Source: Felis catus (lineage: Eukaryota). From it: a stretch of DNA of 64,000 nucleotides. The translations under genes were made by a program, and so were the position numbers. Each line of letters begins with the position of its first letter. Position 1 is the stretch's first letter. This document shows positions 1 through 11,888 of the stretch, one piece after another. The notes beneath the pieces were generated by a model. The model was not told the origin of the DNA. It ran no database searches and saw only the letters and a list, made by a program, of their open reading frames with translations. Location: contig NC_058368.1 of NCBI RefSeq assembly GCF_018350175.1, positions 71,426,001 through 71,490,000 of the forward strand, given 5' to 3'.

Positions 1-371
1 TATTATCCCCAGAGGCCTTCAAAGTATTTGTAAGAGCTTTCTAGATTCCTCCCCCCATCAGTATCTTTGTAATTTTTATTATGGTTGTTGAATTGTTGGA
101 TTTTGGTTAATTTCAGTTTTGTTCCAATGAGCTTGAGTGGTAAATTCATGAATTTGAGATAGTCCATTTGTGTAAGAATATTTTGTCAAATCACATCTCT
201 ATTAAGCTTTGATGTAATGTAGTGCCATGGCATATGGGCACTTGGTCAAAATATTAGCGTTGTATTCTCCTCTGTCTATTCTGAAAGGAATACTCTAACA
301 TAGTTATAGAGTACACTTTCATCTTTTATATTTAAATGAATGTTTGCCACTGAATTTACTTACTTTACTTA

Positions 372-372
<1 letters not shown>

Positions 373-405
<33 letters not shown>
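373..405. repeat. (TG)n microsatellite
   Basis: Read directly. Confidence 0.98.
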
Positions 406-408
<3 letters not shown>

Positions 409-559
409 ATAAATGTTCACCAGTTACCACATTTTTAAATTAAAGTGACTTAAATACAGAGTAGTAGGCTTGCTGTTATTCTCCTAACTTTGTATGTATT
501 TTCCAGGCCTTTTTCCAGGCCTAGTTTGAAAAGGCCTTTGGTTCACTCTGATAAAATAG

Positions 560-745
560 AAATCAGAGGGGCCTAGGTTCCTATCCTGTCATGACACCTT
601 TTAGTAACTATGTGAGTTTTGTCAAGTTACTTTGTCTCCCTGCATCTCATACTCTACATTTAAAAGTGGAGCGTTAGCCTCTGCTCTGTAAATTAGTAGT
701 GAAGATGAACTGAAGTTAGGTACACGAAAGGGCTTGGCATGGTAC
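560..745 (+). mobile_element. MIR
   Basis: taactatgtgagttttgtcaagttactttgtctccctgcatctca core. Confidence 0.65.
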
Positions 746-899
746 CAGCTCAATAACTTGAGTTCCTATCTTCTTCTGTCCTCTCATTACAGTTGTAAAA
801 CCACGTATTTAAAGATCATATGTCATGAGTCATTATCAGTCAGTCAGTGACATGGGAAATTGATGAAGCCATAGATAAATAACATTGAAAACCCATTTG

Positions 900-1148
900 G
901 GGTCATTCCTGGTACTGTGTGCTGGGTTACTTGTTTTCATTGCACACTGTTCTTCTTCAAAGCATTTACTGTAACTATAATTAAAATATTAGTTGCCTGA
1001 CTAATTGCTAAATGTTGGATTATCCCTTAAGAATATTAGGTGCATGTGGGCAGTGATGGTATTTATCTTGTTCACATGTGTATTACTAGGGCTTGATATG
1101 ATCAGTGAGTAATAAGTATTTGTTGAATGAATTAATGAATGAGTGACA
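900..1148 (+). mobile_element. L2 3' end
   Basis: tatcttgttcac...aataagtatttgttgaatgaattaatgaatgagtga tail. Confidence 0.7.
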
Positions 1149-1422
1149 GTAGCCCTATTTCAAGGAGTTTCTGGTAAATTTGGCATGAAGCATATAGAAA
1201 GGACATAAATTTATAGACGCCATAATACTGGAGTGAAAAATTATGGTGGGAATTCAGATGGGGGAGACATTTTTCTTTTCCCACCTTTGCTTTTGGTTCT
1301 TTGGAAGTAATGTGAGCATTGCCTTAGGTGACTCTCACAAGTGACTGTGTTGAGAGTACCTCACTTTATGTTTCCTTCAAACAGCTCCCCAGAGTGGCAG
1401 CATTTTTTTTTTTTTTTTTTAA

Positions 1423-1760
1423 GACTGGTAACTTACTGTGGAGGTGAAATATAGGAGAGAGCACACTCAGGCCTGTTTGGAATATGACTGTTGTCTTTTG
1501 GGAAGATAATCTGGTGATGGATGTTAAAAGTGCATACTCTTTGACCGAGCTGTGCAATTTTCAGGAATCTATCCTTCAGAGTTAAAAGATCGAATTGTGA
1601 AGTGATATTTACAAGGACATTTGTGACAGCAGCATTTAAAGTAGCCAAAATTGTAATCAACCATCGTGTCCACCAAATGGATGAACGACCGGATGAATTA
1701 CTGTGCATCTTCACTATAAGTTGCGGCACAGCCGGTACTTGAAGGCCTGTCTGTATGTAT
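1423..1760 (+). mobile_element. Old L1ME-like 3' fragment
   Basis: acaaggacatttgtgacagcagcatttaaagtagccaaaattgtaatcaacc resembles the conserved L1 ORF2-end motif. Confidence 0.55.
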
Positions 1761-2559
1761 TGTTAATAGAAAGGCGGTTCGCAGAGTAGTGTGTGGTGCA
1801 GCCTCACATCAGTTAAGCCACCTTCCCATCCTAAAGTATCTTTACTGTGTTTGGATGAGCACAGAGAAAGATGTGGATGTATACACGTCAGATTGAGATC
1901 TCTCTCTCTCATCTCTCTCTCTCTCTCATAATACATACCTATATATGTTATATATAATATATATAATATATATTGATATTGATACAATTGATACATTGCC
2001 CCCAGGCCTTTTATTTTAGGTATTTTCAAGCCTAGAGAAAAAGAACAAATAGTACATTGCACACCTGTATGCTCTTCACTTAGATTGTTAAGCTTTTCTA
2101 CATCTTTCCCTCCATCTCTCCCTTTATACCTTTCTTTGCTTTCTCCTTCCTCCTCCTCCTTGCTCTTCTTCCTTCTCCTCTCTCCCTTCTCTCCTTGTTC
2201 TTTTCCTCAACTATTTGAAAGAAAGTTGCAGACGTCATGACACATGACTCCTAAATCTTTCAGCATGGATCTTAAAAGTAAGATCGTTTTCCAACAAAAT
2301 CACAAAACCAGTATTACACCAAGGAAAGTTGACAGGAATCTCATAATATCGTCCAACATACTGTCCGTATTTCAAGTTTCCTTAGTTTCGCTAAGTGTCT
2401 TTTTATATCTGTTTATCTGTTTGTTTTTTTAACACCACCTATGGTCCACTTAGAGTTTACACGTTGCTTTTATTTATGTCTCTTTATTATCTTGCTCTTT
2501 TTCTTATCATTAACTCTTCATAAGAGTGAAGGGCAGCTGACTTCCAGAATGTCTCATAG

Positions 2560-3400
2560 TCTAGATTGAAAGTTTCAGTATTGGTCCAGTCAGGGCTCTT
2601 GGGAAAGGAGGTGGAAAGATAGGGGTTGCAGTTGGAAAGAAATTTGAGTTGGTGATTTCGAATATGGTGCACTTAGTGAACACTAGATGATTTTAGGGTT
2701 TGACTCTGGGACTAGGTGGCTAAAGTGAAAGAATAGGTAATTTGAAATGAGATCCAAAGAGCTGAGTGGCAAGGATGTTACCTGGGTCATACTCATGGTG
2801 ACATGAGTTAGGGGAAGGAAGGAAGGTCCTTCCTTCCAGGTGACATAAATTCTGCATCTTCCAGGTGACATAAATTCTGCAGCGAATATTGGGTTGTTAA
2901 AAGAGATGTCGATAGATGACAGGGAATTGGGGAAGACGTTTTGGCCAGCTAAAATAAGCCTCAAGGAAATAGAAGTTTCTCCAAGGATTAGCAGAGGTAA
3001 TGTTCTAAAAGTGACAGTGGATCTCAAGGAGGTATGTGAAGGTTGCTGGAGAAGTGAGGTCCTTGAGGTCACTGAGGTTTTCAGTGAGGCAAGGAGATAG
3101 ATGGAATGTTCCATGAAAATACTGAACCCTCAGTAGACCTGAGTGGTAATCATGAAGCGGCAGTCTCAGAAAACATTGTGGAGTGGCCTAGAAAAGAGTT
3201 GGAAGAGGTGTTTTGGGGAAGTGAGAGTGGTTAGGTCAGCTGATGTTACAAGGATGAGGGATGGCCAGAGAACCTAGGCCTTCTGGTGAGGGATGCAAAA
3301 TCCTTGAAGCACCTGGTAGGAAGGTGAATCCTTGGGCTCAGAAAAGTGGTTTCTGAGGCATTTTGAGGGGGCTTGATCTGTAACTTCATCTAAATAACCT
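2560..3400 (-). mobile_element. Highly decayed L2/CR1-like internal fragment
   Basis: Purine-rich + strand; minus-strand LLILGETSI is reminiscent of the APE endonuclease ILGDFN motif. Weak. Confidence 0.35.
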
Positions 3401-3719
3401 CTATTTCCTTTCTTTGGCTGTGCTATCCCATACTCCAGCTATGTGTGTCATGGCTCAGGTAAGAGCTTTCTGAACAGGTTCTCTGTAAATACTCTTCACC
3501 TGCACTAATCCATTCTTTGGTTTGAACAGCATAAAATTTAAAGTATAATCCCAACCCTGATTGAAGCCCTTTAATGTTTCCCCATTGCCCTCATGTGACT
3601 CTTTGGTCATTTACACAACTTTGTCTCGTGCTCTTTTTTTTTTTTTTCCTTCCTTCCTGCTTCACTGTTGTTTTCATTTGCTGGAATGCTCAGTCCTCTT
3701 CCCACCCAAGGACCTTCAT

Positions 3720-4070
3720 AGTTAGGCTGTAGTCTAAGCAGTTATAACAAAGAGAATGAAAAATACAGTGACCTGTGAAAGATAAAATTTAATATATTTA
3801 CCATGTCATAGTCCCAAAAGGAAATATTGTGAAGGGCTGGTAGGGAGACTTGGATTCACAGCAGATGGTTTTCATTTGGGGGCTCCAGAGTGGCTGCTTT
3901 TATGCCCATCATCCAGCCTCAGCAGGAAGGTGGCAGGGGCAAGGGGAGTTCACACCCATTTTTTTTTTCAGGGCATAACCTAGAAAGCACCCTTTATTTC
4001 TGCTCCCATCCTATTGGCATTTAATCACATGGCCATACCTATCTGCTAGGAAGATGGACAATGTGGTTGA
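3720..4070 (-). mobile_element. Old MLT1(J/K)-type MaLR LTR
   Basis: ttctgctcccatcctattggc...atcacatggccatacct...gctaggaagatgg. Confidence 0.6.
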
Positions 4071-4149
4071 TACCAAGGTGGCCATATACTAAGCTAAAAA
4101 GTAGCATTCTCTTATTAAAGGAAAAATAGACTAGATATTGGTGGATGAT

Positions 4150-6352
4150 TAGGGGGAATAAGAATATATACATGTATCTGCTTATTTGTGGAAACACACA
4201 CATACACAAGAACAGAGCTAATAAGATGGTGGACCTATAGGGTGTACCTCCCAGATCCTCATCTGGTAGAAATGATTGGGGGATGGGAAATGAAGTACCT
4301 GAGATAAAGGAGAGAGGCTTCTCCAATTATACTTTTAGAATTCTGACATTAACATTTCCAAATAAAATTATTGACATTCTGGGGGAAAAGCTCTAAATGG
4401 AATACCAACAGTGGACAGAATTTTATGAGTAATATACTGATGGAGGGAGAGAGAGAGATTAAAAAAAAAAAACACTAGCTTTAAATAACTTTTAAGCATA
4501 TTTTGACTGCATATCCTCAAGCTTAAAAACAGTAGAAGCAAACATTGAACTGTAGTTAGTAGGTTTGTTTTTCCTAGTTCATGGGTTAGCAGTTCTGAAA
4601 CCAGTTTATGTATATTCTGGGATTAAGGAAATAAATACATGGATTGTGGATAAGATGAGTGACATTTCTTCTTGTTAGAGAAAGAGGTTACAGATGGGGA
4701 AATGGATGAGGATTTCCATTCTAAATGAGTCCTATGTATTGAGTTGAAATTGGAGGTATCAGTGGAAACTCATGGTTTTTAACATATATTGAAAAATAAC
4801 TGTATAAATGTGTTACTGCACATGTGTGTGTATATACACAAATTCTGTAGCTCAGGGTTTCTTTAGCAATATTGACATTTTTGGGTAGACATTTTTTTAT
4901 TGTGTGTGCAGGAGGGTATCCTTTGCATTGTAGGATGTTTATCACCACTCTTGGTTGGCCTGTACCCACTAAAAGACAGTAGCATTTCCTCAGTTGTGAC
5001 AACCCAGTATTTCCAGACACTGCCGTATGTCATGAGGGAGGGGGGCAAATCACCCTCAACTGAGAACCACTGGCCTGCTGAGAGGTCATGGAAACATTGG
5101 CACCCATAGCAATGAGCGTACCAGGAACCCAGATCTTATTTTTTAAATACCATTGTCTCATAAATGGAACCACTACTCCATGATAAAACGGCTGATTTCC
5201 GGAAGAGTGTAAGATGAGCCTGAAACATCTTGTATAAGAAAGTAATCAAGTGCTCAAAGATGATATGTCAAAAAGACACAGGAGCCAGCTCTATGGGGTT
5301 TCCCACTGGCCAGTCTGGGAAAACTTCAGCAACAAAATAAATAATGTTAGCGATGGATTAAAGCCCATGGAATAAGACAAGATCCTGTGGGTCCATACTG
5401 ATATAAATAGATAAGAAAGATAAAAGAGGCAAGAGGCACAGCTCTTCTCTACAGCAGATTTTTAACTTATAAATATAGAAGAATCCCCATGGGGTAAACA
5501 CCAAATTGTTTAGGGTCAGAATCATCAATGACAGATGCTAAGATAAGCGGGTGAAAATATGATGAGAAACAGGTATTTGCATAGTTTCATAGTATATCCC
5601 CAGGTGATGCTAATTAATTACAATGGGAACTATAACACCTTTAAAATAGACAAACCTAGCAATTTACCCAAATGATCACAGTTTGCATCACTGGTAATGG
5701 GACATATCAACATCTCATGCCTCTTGAGGTATGATGTACTGAAAATAGCGCATCATTTCTGTGATGTCCTTCTCCAAAATGTATAACATGGATATAATCG
5801 TGAGGAAACAGCAGACAAACCAAATTGAAAGATAGTGTACAAAATAAATGGCTTGTACTCTTCAAAAGTGTCAAGGTCAAGAAACACAAAAGTGGATCAA
5901 CTTATCTAGATCAAAGGAAACCAAGGATACGTGGCAACTAATGCAGGATAAGTTCCTGGACCAGAAAAAAAAAAATGTTTTTCTTTTGTCGTAAAGGTCA
6001 TAAATGAGACAGTTGATGAAATTTGAACAAGGTTTGTAGATTAGATGATGATACTGTTATCAATGTTGATTTCCAGATCTGGTCATTGTACTGTGATTAC
6101 ATGAGACTTACCTTGGTTTTAGGAAATACACCGAAGTGTGGAGAGGTAAAGACATCCTGTCTTTGGCTTACCCCCAGATGTTTAAGAAGAATTGTGTGTG
6201 TGTGTGTGTGTAAAGAGAAAAAAAATATGATAAATAAATGATAAATGAATAAATAAATATTTGGGGTAAAGGATATGCAATAATTCTTCCTACTATTTTA
6301 TGAGTTTTTTTTTATAATTCTGAAATTGTTCCAAAATAAAAAGTTTAAAAAA
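4150..6352 (+). mobile_element. Old L1MC/MD-type long 3'UTR, interrupted by MER20
   Basis: agatgagcctgaaacatctt, agacaaaccaaattgaaagata, gtactcttcaaaagtgtcaaggtca; ends tctgaaattgttccaaaataaaaagttt. Confidence 0.75.
4853..5072 (-). mobile_element. MER20 (hAT-Charlie MITE)
   Basis: cagggtttct...tattgacattttgggt...gcattgtaggatgttt...agttgtgacaacc...ggggcaaatcaccctcaactgagaaccactg. Confidence 0.88.
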
Positions 6353-7542
6353 TAGGTGAAGAGGAGCATGTGTCCCCTCTTTCCAAACCTGAGGAGTTTT
6401 ATTTAAGGAATAAAAACAGATGCATTTGTGATGATATATTATTTATCTGATAAATTCTAAAGGATAGAGGGCTTAAAGAAATTGTTTTGTGAAGGACAAT
6501 TTACTGTCTTGTTGGATAACTGCTTAGTTGTTCAAATAATTTTTTTCCTAAGCGGATTGTGAGCTTTTGTTAAAAAAAAATCTTGAGAGCAAAGATGTAA
6601 TTTGGTTAAAGTTAATTTCTGAGTCCCCATGAAATAAGCGGTGACTTTTGGCCTCTGTTTGATCCTGGCAGTGTGTGCAGCTAACGTCTGGCCAGTGTTT
6701 TGGAAACAGCAGGTAGTCAGGAGAAAGCCGCTCCTAGGGGTTGTCTCTTCTGTGGCCTGGTGGTGATTTCCCATACAGATGGGACCTTGTGAACTTTGGT
6801 AGAGGTCATTTTCAATTCCCTGTCTAAAACTGAGAGCCATAATTTTTATGAGTATGTGATTAATAATATCGTTGAAGTTATAAACTATGTCTCAGAGTAC
6901 CTCTGCTACCGACTTCTTGTTTGAACAACGATTGCTTTAAACAGCATTGTCTTTCCTGGGACATGGAAAAAAAGTAACTATGTACAAAATGGTAACTTTC
7001 AGATGTGTAGGATATCTCTTGAACAGTCCAGTGATTTGTCCCATTTATCTGTTCTTTTGTGCTTTTAGGGAAGAAAATAGTTCCTTGATTATTCCCCCAT
7101 TTGGCTTTAGAATCAGTGAATGTACAGTAGTCTTTGGAGTCAGTTGAGGCACCTAGATTTTGGTTGTCTGCCATTAGCCATTGTTTCATCTTCTAGTCCT
7201 TCAGAAAGAAAAACATAATGATTTGATTTTGCATAGTAATATGTAATCTTTCATTCAGAGAACATTTAAGGAGAAAATGCTTTTGTGTAGTAATTTTATT
7301 CCTGAAACATCATTTAGCAAGATAAAAGTCTGTTTTCATGCTCTATTTACTATTCAAGTAGAAATAGTTTGGAAAGTCCGTGCTTCATTTGTGTGCTTGA
7401 GTGGCTCTGCTCTTTGATATCCACAAAGTAAATTAATGTTTGCTTATAATTCCTTTGACTTCTCTAAAATCACTTTTTACAACTTTGAATTTGTAATAAA
7501 AATACAACATATCATTTATCCTGTAAAATTGCATACATTTTA

Positions 7543-8166
7543 TTTTTATTTATTTACTTTTTAAATGTTTATTTTTGAGGAAGAGAGTGCAAGTGAGGGA
7601 GGGGCAGAGAGAGAGAGAGAGAGGAAGACAGAGGGGTCAGAAGCAGGCTGTGAGTTGAGAGAACAGAGCTCGATGTGGGGCTTGAACTCATGAACTACAA
7701 GACCATGTCCTGAGCCAAACGAAGTTGGATGCCAACCAACTGAGCCACCTAGGCACCCCTTTATTTTTATTTTTATTTTTTTTAAAGATTTATTTTATTT
7801 TTAGAGAGCACACATGAGTAGGGTAGAGGGGCCCAGGGAGAGATAATCTCAGGCAGGCCCTACTGTCAGCGTGCAGGGACCAATGTAGAACCCGATCCCA
7901 CAAACTGTGAGATCATGACCTATGCCAAAATCAAGAGGCAAACGTAACTGACTGAGACACTCAGGTGCCTGAAACTGCATACATTTTACTAAAAAAAGTT
8001 TTAAGTTTGTTTATTTTGAGGCAGATAGGGGCAGAGACAGAATCCAAAGCAGGCTCTGTGCTGCCAGCGCAGAGCCTGACCTGGAGCTCGAACCTATGAA
8101 TCTTGAGATCATGACCTGAACTGAGATTGAGAGTCAGGTGTTCAACAAACAGCCATCCAGGCGCCC
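7543..8166 (-). mobile_element. Three tandem Can-SINEs (7543-7759, 7760-7969, 7989-8166)
   Basis: Each has a T-rich tail, (ga)n and ends in a tgagccac.caggcgcccc-like tRNA head. Confidence 0.93.
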
Positions 8167-8483
8167 TGAAACTGCATACATTGTAATTTTTTGATGTCCT
8201 CAATCACAAATTGATCACTATCAGAAAACAATCTTATTTTTGTTCAGATGATCATTATTTTTGAAATTTTATGTTCGAGTTTCCTGAAGACAGTCTGATG
8301 CTGTTTTGACTTCAGCCTCACAGAGGAACAAGAAAATTTATACTATCACTAGGTTGTAACAGGAGAGCCAGTAAAGTTAAATACAAAATATGAAGTTTGT
8401 AAGTAAACACTATTATTTTTATTTAACTGGAGGGAGGAGGGAAGGACAGAAATTCTGAAAGTTAGATTGCCTTTCTTTATTAC

Positions 8484-9440
8484 TTTTTTTTAAATGTATA
8501 TTTATTTTGAGAGAGACTGAGAGCATGAGCAGGCTTCCCACTGTCAGTGCAGAGCCTGACACGGGGCTTGATCGTGTGAACCGAGAGATCACGACCTTAG
8601 CCGAAATCAAGAGTCAGACACTCAATCAACTGAGCTATCCAGGTGCTCCTAGATTCTACATTATTTACAATTTATCCAGAAGCTTACAAATGGAAACATT
8701 TTGAAATACTAAATTACACCTAAGAACACTTTTTTTTTTTTTTTGGAAATGAAATTCCAGCTGCACCCTGATCTTCGTATTTTCATCCTTTCCAGTCCCT
8801 CCTTTAGGATGTTTTCTTCTTCCAAACTTGAGTTATTGTATAGGGATAAACTGCATACTGCTGGCTTTGTCTTGCATTTCTGTTTCTGGATTTCTTCATG
8901 TGGGCATCTGCCCCCATGCGTTCTGTGTTGTGGGTGGCTCCGTTCTAACGGACCTGTTCTTCTGAACTCTAACCACAGGGATACCATCAGTCTACTCTCC
9001 CAGGCCTCTCCAGTTGAACTTGCCCAAAGTAAATCACATGTTTCCCTCTTAACCTGCTTCTTGTCTGTAAGTGGGGTCTTCAGTCATGTAGCATGACAGA
9101 GCCAGAAGGGTGCATGTTGTGATTGACTCCTCTCCCCTATTTTTTTTTAAGCTTTTAATTTTTTCATTAAAGTGTTTATTTATTTAGAGAGCTCAAGCAG
9201 GGGAGGAACAGAGAAAGAGAGAGAGAGAGAATCCCAAGCAAGCTTCACGCCATTAGCACAGAGCCCAATGTGGAGCTCAAACCCATGAACCGTGAGATCA
9301 TGACGAGCCCAAATCCAGAGCTGGACACTTAACCGTCTGAGCCACCCAGGTGCCCCTAAAGATTTTACTTTTAAGTAATCTTTACCATGGGACCTGAACT
9401 TACAACTGAACACTTAACTTACTGAGCCAGACAGGTCCCC
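8484..9440 (-). mobile_element. Can-SINEs at 8484-8649, 9140-9356 and a short copy at 9357-9440
   Basis: Antisense SINE head and tail motifs (gagatcatgacc, tgagccacccaggtgcccc). Confidence 0.9.
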
Positions 9441-9755
9441 CTGTCTCCCCCATTGATGTCCACTAAATCATCATGCCCTCTCTGCCTGCTAAATGTCTCT
9501 CCAGTCCATCTGCTTTTCTCTGTCTGTAGTGGCCACACTCTTGCTGTGGTCTGATGCCTTGCAGTTTTTCAACATGTCTCCTGCAATTGTCAGCTAATGG
9601 TTTTTCCCACTTACACCCTCACCCTTCCCCAGACCCCAGTCCACTAACAGCCTGCATGGTTCCTGGAGCTCAAACGTAGTTGTTCCTGCCCTGCTTCAAC
9701 TGTTCTGGTTGCTCTCAAAGAAAGGTAAAACGTTTGCATGACTGTCAGACCTGGA

Positions 9756-9776
9756 CCCCCCCCCCCCCCCCCCCCC
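9756..9776. repeat. Poly-C (21)
   Basis: Read directly. Confidence 0.95.
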
Positions 9777-10928
9777 GCCTTTGGACTTCTTAGGCACACA
9801 GCTCTCTCCTTTGCTCATGCTCTTTGGCCACGGTGCCCATCTTCCAGTTCTCTCCACACAAATACCTGGTGGTGTCCAAAACAACATGAGAATTCTTTGT
9901 TCCTCCCTTATATTACCCATCTTTGTGTCCTTCTGTGTCTTTCTCTATTTCTTTTCCTGGCTAGGACGATTTGCGTAAGTCACAGATACTTCTCTCTTCC
10001 TGGAATGCCACATCTGTTGTTGCCTATGCATAGAAATCTCTTCTGGCAAGCCATTCCCTTTCCTTCTTCAAAAGCGCTTTAGTTTTGTCTGTTTGTAAAA
10101 CATGCAACAAAGGGATTCAGTTCCCTTTCACAGCCTGACCTCTTTCAAGGAGTCTTTTATTTTAAATTCTTGCCTACTGCGTTTGGCTTTCTAAGCACTC
10201 GTAGCATGTTGCTTTCAGTTGCTCTTCATTTTCATCTACCCGAATATCACCTGTAGTAGACGAAGATGTCACATTTTTGCAATGATTTGTGAGGTATACT
10301 TGTGTCATCAGATGAAGTTTCTTACACCTTCCAATACTTTCCTCGTAGAAATACACATAATTACAACAGCCCTTCAACACATGAGTGGTTGAATATTGGC
10401 TAAGTCATTACCCACAGAGCAAGGTTGAGATAATTTGTTTGGGACATGTGCTATGAAAGATACTTATTAGGTCATTGTATGTGATAACTTCTTCCTTGGA
10501 AATTTATGTAGCTAAAGGAATACCATTAATATTTTAATTGGGAACTTTCTCTAAATGTTTTGAAGCAGTTTGAATAGATTGAAAATTGGCTTTTATAAAG
10601 TTTTTAGGCATTTGGTGTTTTCTGAGTGAGGAACAGATAATGCTCAGATTTTTGCACATGTTTGCTAACATCGTCTAGTATAAAGAGATGCATAGAGAAA
10701 TGCCTAGTTGGTTGGCTCAGAAACAGGAAATCATATTGGAAAGTATGCCCTTCTCTCCATATGTGTACATGAGAGTACAGGGTAACCTGCCTTAACAAAG
10801 ATTCTTAAATACAGTAGTATAAATAAGATAGAATATTATTTACTTCTCATTTAACTGGCTGGCTGGTCTGTGCTGATGGGGCAAGTTTGTGTCCTGTGGT
10901 TCTGTGGTCATTCCAGGAGATCCTCCCT

Positions 10929-10952
10929 CCCCCCCCCCCCCCCCCCCCCCCC
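10929..10952. repeat. Poly-C (24)
   Basis: Read directly. Confidence 0.95.
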
Positions 10953-11551
10953 GCCAACATGCAACATGTTGCTCTGTTTCACCTTCATTTCCAGAGCTGA
11001 GTTCCTGCCATATCGGGAAGCCCATAGGAAGAAGGAGGAAAGGAAGCCCAAGTAATTATTCTTTTCAAGTACGCGAGGCTGGAATTGGGTGCATCACTCT
11101 AACTTCCAACCCCTTGTCTGGAAATCAGTTTGTCAGGTCCAGCTGTAGGACAGACAGGAAAATAGGGTCTGTGTCTGTGGAGTCTTTTGTTCTGCTAAGA
11201 CTCTTGTTACTGTGTAAAAAATGGAAATCACATTTTCAGTGAAACCCGCAGGCTGTCATATTTTTAAACATATGTTACTATTACAATTTCTATTTTACTG
11301 AACTTTAGCTATATGATTCATTCTCTCTAGATCACAATTTCTTAGTTTTAAGTTTCTTTTCTTTGTAATTTTCTTATTCTGTGACTGGTTACTGAAAGTT
11401 CCCCCAAAGCAGGTACCATAGTGTTACAGTGTTTGCTCTCATATTTTTTCCTGTGTGTGATATCTAGCTGCCACATGACCAGTAGGTTTAGAATAAATGT
11501 TGATAGGTGTAGACTAATTTGCTCAGAATATCAACATTGTTAAAAACCTTA

Positions 11552-11750
11552 TAGTGAATGTCCACAACCTTTCTCAGGGAAGGGCTAGAGTGTAAATAGC
11601 TTAGACTTTTGTGGGTCATATGGTCTCTATTACAACTTATTGACTCTTGGAGCACACACACTGAATGTAAACACTGCTGTATTCCAAAAAAACTCGATAT
11701 ACAAAAATAGGGGGTGGTCTGATTTGTGTGCTGAGTTTGCTAAACGCCGC
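11552..11750 (+). mobile_element. MER58A-like hAT MITE
   Basis: agggctagagtgtaaata...tttgtgggtcatatggtctct...tattccaaaaaaactc...acaaaaatagggggtgg...agtttgct. Confidence 0.7.
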
Positions 11751-11888
11751 CTAATAGGATGGCTATGTTCTCTGGATAGAGAGGTGTAAACTTTTGAGGA
11801 ACTGGATTCCTATAGGATATGAAACTGGAAGTTGGGGAGGGAGGTCAGTGCTGAGGCTTGAGATCCAGTGCATCTGCCCTCTGATGTG

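Noticed and set aside
1433..1729. 98-aa ORF next to a poly-T run as a possible retrocopy
   Set aside because: The + strand resembles an old L1 3' region and no protein is recognisable.
7520..8185. CRISPR-like repeat-spacer array
   Set aside because: Eukaryotic context; the repeats are TSDs and the spacers are SINEs.
9696..11242. Poly-Pro/poly-Gly ORFs
   Set aside because: Artefacts of poly-C homopolymers.
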